Below, one piece after another: positions 47,808-57,023 of a stretch of 64,000 bases of DNA (position 1 is its first letter; each line of letters starts with the position of its first letter). The position numbers were made by a program, and so were the translations under genes. The stretch is from an uncultured candidate division Zixibacteria bacterium (lineage in GTDB: Bacteria > Zixibacteria > MSB-5A5 > RBG-16-43-9): contig OY970208.1 of assembly GCA_963713865.1 (NCBI GenBank), positions 1,824,001 through 1,888,000 on the forward strand, given 5' to 3'. The notes beneath the pieces were generated by a model, which saw only the letters and a program-made list of their open reading frames with translations, did no database searches and was not told where the DNA came from.

Positions 47808-48741
47808 AACTTCTATTCTTGTAGAATCCGTTATTCTATCTTCATTTTTAATTCTCATTTTTATACCGGAATCTTTTAAGGATATGGAAGCTCAAGAGGT
47901 TAAGGGAGAAAATTCAGATTTGAGAGATACGCTTAGATTGAGAGATACTCTCATGGAAACTCAAGAAGTCGAGAGAGAAAGCTCAGGTTTGATCGATACT
48001 CTTACGTTTAAAGATACCCTTTCGGTTCCTATCATGAAGGACACTTTAAAAACAGAAAGGAACGTAACTAACCTTTCATTTGGAGTAGGGGAGAAGTTAG
48101 AGTTTAAAGTCAGGTGGGGACCTATAAAAGCCGGTAATGCAACTATGGAGATAACTGAGATAATAGAATTCCAGGGGAAAAAATGTTTCAGAGTTGTCTC
48201 CACGGCTGGATCAAGTAAGTTCTTCTCCGCTTTCTTTAAGGTTAGAGATCGCGTGGAATCTTTTATAGATAAAGAGGGACTTTATTCACTCCATTTTGAA
48301 AAACATATAAGGGAGGGTAAATTCAAAGCAGATAAATTTGTGGATTTTGATCAACAAAATCATTTAGCCATAGCCGGAAATGATACCATACCGGTCCCGC
48401 CTTTTGTTCAGGATGTTCTCTCCGCTTTATATTATGTCCGAACTCAGCAGTTGGAAGTAGGAAAATCTTTATTTGTTGACAATCACACGGATAAAAAAAA
48501 CTACCCTTTAGAGGTTAAAGTTTTAAAAAAAGAGAGAGTAGAAGTGGATGCAGGAACTTTCGACTGCCTGGTGGTTCAGCCGATCCTGCAAGCTGCAGGA
48601 GTTTTTGAACAAAAAGGTACTTTAACTGTCTGGCTGACTGATGACCAGAAGAAGATGCCGGTTCAGATGAAAAGCAAGGTAGCTATCGGCTCCATAACCA
48701 CAGAGTTGAAAGATTATCGTTTGGGAAGAATAGGAGAATAA
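47791..48741 (+). CDS. DUF3108-family exported protein with N-terminal DTL repeats
   Basis: GEKLEF-x-V-x-W, FFKVRD, GTF, WLTDD...PV; start at ATG 47791. Confidence 0.8.
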   Translation: MRKKNKTSILVESVILSSFLILIFIPESFKDMEAQEVKGENSDLRDTLRLRDTLMETQEVERESSGLIDTLTFKDTLSVPIMKDTLKTERNVTNLSFGVGEKLEFKVRWGPIKAGNATMEITEIIEFQGKKCFRVVSTAGSSKFFSAFFKVRDRVESFIDKEGLYSLHFEKHIREGKFKADKFVDFDQQNHLAIAGNDTIPVPPFVQDVLSALYYVRTQQLEVGKSLFVDNHTDKKNYPLEVKVLKKERVEVDAGTFDCLVVQPILQAAGVFEQKGTLTVWLTDDQKKMPVQMKSKVAIGSITTELKDYRLGRIGE

Positions 48742-48746
48742 TAAAA

Positions 48747-49688
48747 ATGTCTCTTTATAAACAGATAGACTTATCCAAGATTAAAACTATTCCCATCTCA
48801 GTAAGAAAAAGTAAATCTCTGGTGAAAGACTTTGCACAACCAACCTCCAATATGGAAGGTATAGAGGATTTTTTGAATAGACTACCCAATTACTTGAAAG
48901 CCAGCGAGTTCAAGTCATTATTTAAAGCTATTAATCAAGCTAAAATAAAAAACAAGCCCGTGATTTTTATGTTCGGAGCTCATATAATCAAATTAGGACT
49001 TTCATCAATTGTAATAGATTTGATGAAAAACAAGTTTATCAGCTTTCTTTCAACCAATGGAGCAGGAGCAATCCATGATTTCGAAATAGCAGTTTGGGGA
49101 AAAACATCTGAGCAGGTAGAAGAAGGTTTAAAAAAGGGGAGTTTTGGGATGGTAGAGGAAACCTCCAGGCTATTTAATCAGATTTCAAAATGTGCGGTTA
49201 GAGCCGGGCAGGGATTAGGTGAGAGCATTGGTGAGTATCTAATCAAGAATAAAGCCAAGTTCAGAAAATATAGTCTTTTTGCCACAGCTTATCAGTTTAA
49301 AATTCCGGTTACCGTGCATATAGGTATAGGGACAGATATCGTTCATCAATCACCGTATTTCGACCCGGCTGCAACCGGTGAAGCTACTTTTACTGATTTT
49401 AAAATCTTAGCGGACGAGCTCTCAAGATTAAATAATGGCGGCGTAGTTCTGCATTTTGGCTCCGCCGTAATCCTTCCTGAAGTTTTTCTAAAAGCTTTAT
49501 CCGTAGCACGCAACATTAAAGGGAAGGTGGAAAATTTCACCACTGCTAATTTCGATATGATCCAGCATTATCGTCCTAATATGAACGTGGTCTTAAGGCC
49601 TACTCAAAATAGTGGCAAGGGATACTCTTTTACCGGTCACCACGAGATTATGTTGCCTCTTTTAGCCTGGGCATTAAAAGGGAAGTGA
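48747..49688 (+). CDS. Deoxyhypusine-synthase-like fold protein of unknown function
   Basis: GAHIIK-x-GL, NGAGAIHDFE, IPVTVH-x-x-IGTD, GSAVILPEVF, GHHE. Confidence 0.7.
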   Translation: MSLYKQIDLSKIKTIPISVRKSKSLVKDFAQPTSNMEGIEDFLNRLPNYLKASEFKSLFKAINQAKIKNKPVIFMFGAHIIKLGLSSIVIDLMKNKFISFLSTNGAGAIHDFEIAVWGKTSEQVEEGLKKGSFGMVEETSRLFNQISKCAVRAGQGLGESIGEYLIKNKAKFRKYSLFATAYQFKIPVTVHIGIGTDIVHQSPYFDPAATGEATFTDFKILADELSRLNNGGVVLHFGSAVILPEVFLKALSVARNIKGKVENFTTANFDMIQHYRPNMNVVLRPTQNSGKGYSFTGHHEIMLPLLAWALKGK

Positions 49689-49774
49689 GACGTGAGATGT
49701 GAGAAGAGACAAAACTGGAGTGTAAAGCTTAGCTTTGCCTATTCATCCTGGTAAACCTTAAGGTTTACACTCCA
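49684..49774. repeat. Heptamer repeat (xGTGAGA) followed by a TGGAGTG-foot REP doublet
   Basis: agtgaga cgtgaga tgtgaga; tggagtgtaaagct-t-agctttgcc ... ggtaaacct-ta-aggtttacactcca. Confidence 0.75.
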
Positions 49775-49803
49775 ATATAAAATACAAAAGAAAGGAAGAT
49801 AGA

Positions 49804-51327
49804 ATGGCAAGGTTAGTCGAATGTGTTCCAAATTTCAGTGAAGGGAGAAGGGCTGAGGTGATCGAAGCTATTTTAGCTGAGATCAAATCGGTCGAGGGAG
49901 TTATGCTTTTAGACAGGGAGATGGACAAAGACCATAACCGGGCAGTTATTACCCTGGTAGGAAGTCCTCAAGCGGTTAAAAATGCCGCCTTTAAAGCAAT
50001 AGCTAAAGCATCACAGTTAATAGATATGGATCAACATAAGGGAGAACATCCCCGGATGGGAGCAACGGACGTAGTTCCATTTGTCCCTATTTCCGGAGTG
50101 ACTATAGATGATTGTATAAACTTAGCTAAAGAGTTAGGTAAAGAAGTAGGGGAGAAATTAGGAATACCAGTTTATCTTTACGAAGCTGCGGCTGCTCGTC
50201 CGGATAGAGTGAACTTAGCTGAGGTGCGCAAAGGAGAATATGAAGGACTAAAAAAGGAGATAGAAACCAACCCCGAAAGAAAGCCAGATTTTGGGCTCTC
50301 TAAACTATCTAAAGCTGGTGCGACTGCTATCGGTGCCAGGATGCCCTTGATAGCTTTTAACGTCTACCTGGGAACCAGGGACGTAAGCATAGCCAGAAAA
50401 ATAGCTAAAGGAATCAGGTTTTCCACTGGAGGGTTTAGATATGTAAAAGCTTTAGGGTTTGAGATTAAAGAGCGGGGCCTGGTTCAGGTTTCAATGAATT
50501 TAGTCAACTATAAAGAATCCCCTATCTTCAGAGTATTTGAGGTAATTAAAAAAGAAGCAGAGAGATATTCTGTGCCTGTAATCTCAAGCGAGATTGTAGG
50601 TTTAACCCCGATGGAAGCTCTTTTAGATGTCTCTGATTTTTATCTGAAGTTAGAAAATTTTAAAAAAGACCAGATCTTAGAAAATAAACTGATGACCTTT
50701 TCCGAAAAACAGAAATCCGGCTTTTCTGATTTTATGGATGAAGTATCTGCAGGTACACCTGTGCCCGGCGGTGGAAGTGTGGCTGCCTCCTCCGGTGCTA
50801 TGGGAGCGAGTTTAGTTTCGATGGTTTGCAGGCTAACTATGGGAAAGAAAAAGTATCAGGATTTTGAAGAAGAGCTTAAAAAAGTCCTGGAGGAATCAGA
50901 AAAACTTCGCAAGGATTTGAAAGAGTTAATCATAAAAGATGGCGAGAGTTTTCTCAAAGTATTAGATAGTTTTAAACTATCCCAGAACACGCCTGAAGAA
51001 CAAAATAGAAGGCTGGCAGCCATTCAGGAAGCTTACAAAGAGGCAGCCTTAGTACCTTTTAAAACTATGGAAAAGTCCTCAGAGGTGCTAAAGCTCAGTC
51101 GGATTGTAGTAGAAAAAGGAAATGTCAATACCATAAGTGATGCTGGCGCGTCAGCCCTTATGGCAAAAAGTGCTTTAGAGGGTGCTCTTATGAATGTTAA
51201 GATAAATCTTAAATCAATAGAGGATCACCAATTCGTTACCGGTCTAAAAGAAAAAACAGAATTAATACTTTTAGAAGCTAACAAACTCAAAGAAGAGATC
51301 GATGGACTTCTGCAGGAGAAACTATAA
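49804..51327 (+). CDS. ftcd: Glutamate formimidoyltransferase-cyclodeaminase fusion
   Basis: LVECVPNFSEGR, DHNR, HPRMGA-x-DV, QVSMN, then PGGGS...NVKINL cyclodeaminase domain. Confidence 0.94.
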   Translation: MARLVECVPNFSEGRRAEVIEAILAEIKSVEGVMLLDREMDKDHNRAVITLVGSPQAVKNAAFKAIAKASQLIDMDQHKGEHPRMGATDVVPFVPISGVTIDDCINLAKELGKEVGEKLGIPVYLYEAAAARPDRVNLAEVRKGEYEGLKKEIETNPERKPDFGLSKLSKAGATAIGARMPLIAFNVYLGTRDVSIARKIAKGIRFSTGGFRYVKALGFEIKERGLVQVSMNLVNYKESPIFRVFEVIKKEAERYSVPVISSEIVGLTPMEALLDVSDFYLKLENFKKDQILENKLMTFSEKQKSGFSDFMDEVSAGTPVPGGGSVAASSGAMGASLVSMVCRLTMGKKKYQDFEEELKKVLEESEKLRKDLKELIIKDGESFLKVLDSFKLSQNTPEEQNRRLAAIQEAYKEAALVPFKTMEKSSEVLKLSRIVVEKGNVNTISDAGASALMAKSALEGALMNVKINLKSIEDHQFVTGLKEKTELILLEANKLKEEIDGLLQEKL

Positions 51328-52161
51328 GTGGAGAAAAAGTATGTAGATTTACACATTCACACCACTGCTTCAGATGGTCTTCTGACCCCTGAAAAGGTGA
51401 TAGAATTTGCACAGGAGTTAAATTTTTCAGCTATTGCCATTGCGGACCATGATACTGTAGATGGATATGAAAGTGCAAAACAAAAAGCAGAGGATTCAGG
51501 AATAGAGCTGATCCCCGCAGTGGAATTAAGCATAGCCTATCAAGGAATGGATTTTCATCTTTTAGGATATTTGATAGACTGTCAAGATTCAGGATTTAAA
51601 AAGAAGATCGAAAATTTCAGAGAGGAGAGGTTAATAAGAGGGGAGAAGATGGTGGAGAAATTGAATGAGTTAGGGATAGCTCTTCGTATGGATACGGTTA
51701 AGACTATAGCCAGAGGCGCTTCCGTAGGCAGGCCACATTTGGCAGATGCCTTGCTTAAGGAGGAATATGTAAAGACGTACAATGAAGCCTTTGCCCGTTA
51801 TTTAGGTTATCATGCTCCAGCCTATGTTCCGAAAAAATACTTGACTCCGGAGGAAGGGGTAGAGTTGATTCATAAGGTTAAAGGGCTTGCTATCTTAGCC
51901 CATCCGGGTACTTCTCATCAGGATGAGCTTATCCCTGATTTTATGGAAATGGGAATAGATGGAATCGAAGCTTACCATTCGCAGTACGACCGTTTTCAGA
52001 CCAATAAGTACATCAATCTGGCTAAAAAATTTAGCTTGATTTATACTGGTGGCTCTGATTGTCATGGTAGGGGGGATTTGATTTTGATAGGTAAGGTCAA
52101 AGTTCCTTACCGGTGTCTGGAGATGTTAAAAGAAGCTAAAAAAAGGAAGTTTAAAGATTAA
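51328..52161 (+). CDS. PHP-domain phosphoesterase
   Basis: DLHIHTTASDG, DHD, GRPH, AHP, GGSD-x-HG. Confidence 0.92.
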   Translation: MEKKYVDLHIHTTASDGLLTPEKVIEFAQELNFSAIAIADHDTVDGYESAKQKAEDSGIELIPAVELSIAYQGMDFHLLGYLIDCQDSGFKKKIENFREERLIRGEKMVEKLNELGIALRMDTVKTIARGASVGRPHLADALLKEEYVKTYNEAFARYLGYHAPAYVPKKYLTPEEGVELIHKVKGLAILAHPGTSHQDELIPDFMEMGIDGIEAYHSQYDRFQTNKYINLAKKFSLIYTGGSDCHGRGDLILIGKVKVPYRCLEMLKEAKKRKFKD

Positions 52162-52167
52162 AAGAGA

Positions 52168-52280
52168 TGTCAACCTGAGCCCCGCATCCTGCGGGGCGAA
52201 GGGTAAAAGATTCTTCTGCCCGTAGGGTATCAGAATGACTAAAGATCACAGTTGTCATGTTGAGAGAAGCGAAACATCTA
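52168..52280. repeat. TGTCA-foot REP cluster, left flank of the metallopeptidase gene
   Basis: tgtcaacctgagc...cgaaggg; agattcttc...cagaatgac; tgtcatgttgag...cgaaacatct. Confidence 0.8.
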
Positions 52281-52350
52281 TAGGCGGACTATTATTTTTA
52301 GTCTAACCTGTTTTTAAAAGGAGAAACATTATAAATAAAGAGGAGTTAAA

Positions 52351-54258
52351 ATGAAAAAGCTGATCTTTTTACTCGTTTGCTTACAAATTGCTGTTACCGC
52401 TTATGGGAAAGAATACACTCAAGCTTATGAAAACAAACTGATCCAGGATATAAAGGGGATATATACTCAGGAAGCTATTAAAACCCCGGATAATCCAACC
52501 GGACATCCCATTGATGCCACACCTTTGATCCTTCAGGCAAAATATGATTACCCTTTTTTAAGTCCTGAGGCAAAAAAGGTTTTAGATACTCTTTTAGCCA
52601 GACCGAGCTTTGCTCCTGATTCAGAGTATACTTATGATTCTCCATGTCAACATTTTAAGATTCATTTTGCCAAGACCGGGACAAATGTGGTTTTTGAAGC
52701 TGGAGTGGATAATAATGGAAATGGGGTTCCAGATTATGTAGATAACTGCGCCTCTATTTTAGATTATGTCTGGGCAAAAGAGGTTGATACTTTAGGCTAT
52801 GTTTTTCCACCTTCAGATGACTGGTATAGTTCTTATGGCTGGAATAATGGAGGGGACGGAAAATACGATATTTATCTTTTAAATTTTGGCTTTTTATATT
52901 TAGGCGCGACCTATGCCGAGACCACCAATGCAACCGCAGAACCCTGGACTAATTGGACAAGTTTTATTGAGTTAGATAACGACTATTTAGGTTACGACCC
53001 TAATTTACAACACTCCCAGTATGAGTGGCTTAGCGTTACAGCCGCACATGAGTTCTTTCATGCAATCCAATTCGGCTATGACGCATCCGAATTCGAGTTA
53101 GGAGCAGGAGATATGGCGAAACCTTACTGGATGGAGATGAGCGCTGTCTGGATGGAGGATCAGGTTTATGATAATATAGACGACTACATCTATTATCTGC
53201 CAGCTTTTTTCAATTATCCCTGGGTGTCCTTGAGATTTTTCACCAATTACTCACAGGATCCAAGGTACCTTCATCCTTATGGCTCCTGCGTCTGGCCTAT
53301 CTTTTTAAGTGAAAGATTCAACGATATAAACATTGTTAAAAATATATGGTCTGTCTGTGCGCAAGTTCAGGGTGATAATGTTCTCTCCGCCACTGATACG
53401 ATCTTAAAGAGTATATACAGTAGTTCATTGAATAAAGCCTTTCAAGAATTTTCAGTCTGGAATTATTTCACGGCAGACCGGGCCATTGACACGCTTTTTT
53501 ATTCAGAAGGGAGCCTTTTCTGGACTAATAATCCGCGTAATCCAATAAAAGTTTATGAAACTAATATACACGAGGTCTATCCGGTCACGGGTACCGTTTT
53601 TCAGTTGCCAGAAGACTTAGGTACAACTTATATCACTTTTAAGCCGATAGTAGATTCCCTCGGTGGATTAAGAATATATTTTAAAGGTAACGCTGGGGGT
53701 GCAGGGTGGAATGCTTCCCTGATTGATTTTAGGTCAGGTGATCAGCCATTTGAAGATACTACCATTGACCTAACACCGGATAGCGGAATGGGAGTGGTTT
53801 TCGATTGGGGGCGCTTTTCTGAAATCTCTATGGTCATTGCCAGGGGCGATACCATCTCCTCCCGAAATTTTAACTATAGTTATACTGCTGAATTCGACAC
53901 ATCCTTATTCCACGGATTTATTCCTCCGTCTGCTGATAAAATATATCAGAATTTCCCTAACCCGTTTATAATCACAGATGCCTCTTCCACCACAAAATTC
54001 CCGATGTTATTGAAAAATCTCACAGATGTAGAACTTTTTATTTTTACAATATCCGGAGAACTTGCCTGGAAACACCTGTGGCAGAATAAAATCGGCGATT
54101 ATACTACAGCAGTGTTCAGTGCTCCTGAATTTATTCCCTTCAAATGGGATGGCAGAAATATGAATGGTGAGTATGTAGCATCCGGGATTTATATATATAG
54201 AATAGTAACTAATAACACCTCAGCTACTAAAAAGCTGGTGGTAGTTAATCAGAGATAG
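52351..54258 (+). CDS. Secreted zinc metallopeptidase (MXAN_6640-like) with FlgD-Ig/T9SS-type tail
   Basis: HEFFH...WME; C-terminal QNFPNPF...WDGRN...VASGIYIY...KKLVV. Confidence 0.85.
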   Translation: MKKLIFLLVCLQIAVTAYGKEYTQAYENKLIQDIKGIYTQEAIKTPDNPTGHPIDATPLILQAKYDYPFLSPEAKKVLDTLLARPSFAPDSEYTYDSPCQHFKIHFAKTGTNVVFEAGVDNNGNGVPDYVDNCASILDYVWAKEVDTLGYVFPPSDDWYSSYGWNNGGDGKYDIYLLNFGFLYLGATYAETTNATAEPWTNWTSFIELDNDYLGYDPNLQHSQYEWLSVTAAHEFFHAIQFGYDASEFELGAGDMAKPYWMEMSAVWMEDQVYDNIDDYIYYLPAFFNYPWVSLRFFTNYSQDPRYLHPYGSCVWPIFLSERFNDINIVKNIWSVCAQVQGDNVLSATDTILKSIYSSSLNKAFQEFSVWNYFTADRAIDTLFYSEGSLFWTNNPRNPIKVYETNIHEVYPVTGTVFQLPEDLGTTYITFKPIVDSLGGLRIYFKGNAGGAGWNASLIDFRSGDQPFEDTTIDLTPDSGMGVVFDWGRFSEISMVIARGDTISSRNFNYSYTAEFDTSLFHGFIPPSADKIYQNFPNPFIITDASSTTKFPMLLKNLTDVELFIFTISGELAWKHLWQNKIGDYTTAVFSAPEFIPFKWDGRNMNGEYVASGIYIYRIVTNNTSATKKLVVVNQR

Positions 54259-54377
54259 AGATTCTTCTCCCCGTAGGGGATCAGAATGACAATCAGTATA
54301 CATTGTCATGTTGAGCGGAGCGAAACATCTAAAGACAAAAACCAATAGATTCTTCGCTCATTGGGCTCAGAATGACA
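54259..54377. repeat. TGTCA-foot REP cluster, right flank of the metallopeptidase gene
   Basis: 54259-54331 is a 73-bp direct repeat of 52208-52280; further copy agattcttcg...cagaatgaca. Confidence 0.8.
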
Positions 54378-54399
54378 AACGGTTTATGAAAATTAAAAT

Positions 54400-54942
54400 A
54401 TGACTTTTTCTTCCAGGAAAATTGCCAAAATCGGTGTGTTTACTGCACTGCCCATAGTCTTGAAAATACCAATTCTCCAGATACCCAACGTGGAGTTCTT
54501 CAGCTTCGTGGTTTTTACCTCAGGCTTTTTGTTAGGCATAATTGAAGGTGGCATCGTTGGTGCTCTTTCGATGAGCATCTATACTATCTTCAACCCTTAT
54601 GGATTTCCACCTTTACCCATAGGAATTGCCCAGGTTCTCTCTATGGTTTTCATCGGTATTTTGGGAGGTCTGCTCTTTAAAATGATTCGCTTGAGAAGAG
54701 TCAAGAAAATAAATTTATCTATTTTTATCTGGATGGGGATTACAGGATTTTCTGTTACTCTGTTATATGACATTATAACCAATTTGGGTGTCGTTATAGT
54801 AACGGGTGAATTTATACCGATTATGATTGCGGCAATTCCTTTTGCCCTGATTCATCTTCTCTCTAATACTTTAATCTTTATACTTTTGACACCTCTCCTT
54901 TTTCGTTTAACCAGATTAGAAAGAAGAGGTGAGCTTGCTTAA
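54400..54942 (+). CDS. ECF transporter S-component-like membrane protein
   Basis: IPNVE, NPYG, LYDIITN, H-x-x-SN; five to six TM helices. Confidence 0.7.
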   Translation: MTFSSRKIAKIGVFTALPIVLKIPILQIPNVEFFSFVVFTSGFLLGIIEGGIVGALSMSIYTIFNPYGFPPLPIGIAQVLSMVFIGILGGLLFKMIRLRRVKKINLSIFIWMGITGFSVTLLYDIITNLGVVIVTGEFIPIMIAAIPFALIHLLSNTLIFILLTPLLFRLTRLERRGELA

Positions 54943-56896
54943 AATAATTAATTTTATATTGCTGTTCTTTCTGCTCCTTTTCTCTTTATCTCTGGCGCAG
55001 GATGACGACTCTCTTCTTTTAACTTCGAATCCGCTTTCGGCGGATAGCACCTATATAATTGAAAGTCTAACTGATAAAGTATGTTCACTTTTTACTACTA
55101 ATTATGTTATCTCATCTGAAAATATTGAAAACTCAATCTATAAAAGCCTGGGTGGATTGTTAAAAACATACCGGGACATTGATGTAACCAGTTATGGTCC
55201 CTATGGTCAGCCTGAATATGCAACTATCTGGGGAGGAACTTCACGACAACTTTTAATCTATCAGGATGATATTTCCTTTTTTCAACAGGCAATATATCTA
55301 CCCCAGACTGGCGACCTTGACCTTTTCTCTGTTCCCTTAGAGAATATAGAATCTATCCAGATTATAGATAACCCGGTTGCCAGTATCCTGGGTAGAGGTA
55401 CGGGAATAGGAGGGCTGAGACTAAAATCCAAAGAATTTAAAACTGACCAGCCGTATTCAAGAATAAATTTTGAAAGAGGTCCTTATGGCTACAGAAAAAC
55501 CCAGATTGATTTTGGTAAGAATTTAAGTAAGAAAATAGGTTTCTATTTTACCTCTGGCTGGAAAAAATCAGATTCGCCACAGGCGAATGTAAATAATAGC
55601 AATTTCAAATCATTATATCTGACTGGTAACCTACTATTCAAGATGAGGAAAAACTGGAAAGTTAAAGTAAAAGCTTTCCATTTTGAGAACCGTGCTGGTA
55701 ATCCATTACCTTATGAATCTGCAATCGCTTTGAAAACCAAAGAAGATAGCTGGATTTTGGATTTGAATTCAGATTATTATTTTAAAAACAATACGCTACT
55801 GAAAATTGAAGGTCTGTATAGCTCTAATTCAACTAAAAGTTACAATGGTAGCTATTTTCTCGACAGGGAAAAGGAGGGTAGGGAATATTATCTAAAGGGA
55901 AGTTACCAATTCAGATGGGACAGGAAAAATCAAGCCAGATTGGAAGGATTTCTTAGCAGGGAGAAGTTGAAAATAAAAGGGTTGGAAAAATCTACGAACC
56001 AAGGTTATCTTTCCTATCTGCATCTATTAGAGTTCTCTTCAAAATTCTACACCTTTCTCTTTTTAAGATTAAACCGAAATACCGATTTTGGATCCAGAGG
56101 ACAGGAGTTTAACTGGAATTTATCCGGCACGGGAGGGGTCTCTTATCTGCCGAATAAAGAGCTGACTTTATTTTTCATTTTTTCCCGTGTCTTTGACAAT
56201 CCCACATTACATGACCTTTACCTTGAGAGGAGCAGTTATTCGGTTCATTTCGATTCGACCTATTTTTCTTATCAAGAATATTATAACCTTTTTCTTGGGA
56301 CTGAAGGACTTACTTCTGGAAATGTTGGATTCTCCTGGCTGAAAAAAGAATTCAGCCTGAGAAGTTCCCTCTTTTTCTGTTTGAATCGGGACAACTTAGA
56401 ATGGACTTTCTCTAAAACAGTTGACCGGGTTTTTCCTTATACCTTTATCAGATACCAGTACTTGCCTTCTAACCGGGAAAGAAAATTATTCGGAGTAAGT
56501 TTGAATTTAGACTATAAATTCTCTCCTAATTTCGAAACAGGTTTTTCCTATGCTTATAAAAGGGCACGCTCTCAGAAAGATTATCATTTTCCATATATAC
56601 CTGAGCATAGTTTATATAGTTATTTTCAATTTACAAATGAATTCTTGAGTCGTGAGATCGGAATAAAAGTGAGACTGGAACAGGAATATCTCTCTAAGAG
56701 GTATCTGGCTGATTATAATCAGGACCAGGTTCCTTTTGCCCTTCTCTTTAATTCCAAAATAACATTGAGATTCTTAGGTTTTCAGTTCTATTATGTGATA
56801 GAGAATATTACGAATGAGACTTACCGGACCAGGGGTGATTTTAATATGCCCGGAAGAACTTTATGGTTCGGGTTTAACTGGGAGTTTTTTGACTAA
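54929..56896 (+). CDS. TonB-dependent receptor-like outer-membrane protein
   Basis: Signal peptide, plug-like PLENIESIQI, ENI-x-N-x-x-Y, C-terminal PGR...GFNWEFFD. Confidence 0.75.
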   Translation: MSLLKIINFILLFFLLLFSLSLAQDDDSLLLTSNPLSADSTYIIESLTDKVCSLFTTNYVISSENIENSIYKSLGGLLKTYRDIDVTSYGPYGQPEYATIWGGTSRQLLIYQDDISFFQQAIYLPQTGDLDLFSVPLENIESIQIIDNPVASILGRGTGIGGLRLKSKEFKTDQPYSRINFERGPYGYRKTQIDFGKNLSKKIGFYFTSGWKKSDSPQANVNNSNFKSLYLTGNLLFKMRKNWKVKVKAFHFENRAGNPLPYESAIALKTKEDSWILDLNSDYYFKNNTLLKIEGLYSSNSTKSYNGSYFLDREKEGREYYLKGSYQFRWDRKNQARLEGFLSREKLKIKGLEKSTNQGYLSYLHLLEFSSKFYTFLFLRLNRNTDFGSRGQEFNWNLSGTGGVSYLPNKELTLFFIFSRVFDNPTLHDLYLERSSYSVHFDSTYFSYQEYYNLFLGTEGLTSGNVGFSWLKKEFSLRSSLFFCLNRDNLEWTFSKTVDRVFPYTFIRYQYLPSNRERKLFGVSLNLDYKFSPNFETGFSYAYKRARSQKDYHFPYIPEHSLYSYFQFTNEFLSREIGIKVRLEQEYLSKRYLADYNQDQVPFALLFNSKITLRFLGFQFYYVIENITNETYRTRGDFNMPGRTLWFGFNWEFFD

Positions 56897-56909
56897 ATTC
56901 TTTATAACT

Positions 56910-57002
56910 TGTCATTGCGGGGAGTCTCGCCACAGGCGGGACGACGAAGCAATTTAATAATTTTAACGGATTACTTCGCTCCTTTAGTCGCCCGCAATGA
57001 CA
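56910..57002. repeat. TGTCATTGCG REP doublet
   Basis: tgtcattgcg...gacgaagcaat facing gattacttcg...cgcaatgaca. Confidence 0.8.
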
Positions 57003-57023
57003 GTTCAGAGCGAGGAGAAAATT

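Noticed and set aside
54259-54399. Cobalamin riboswitch upstream of the ECF/TonB pair
   Set aside because: The region is explained by REP repeats and no B12-box was recognised
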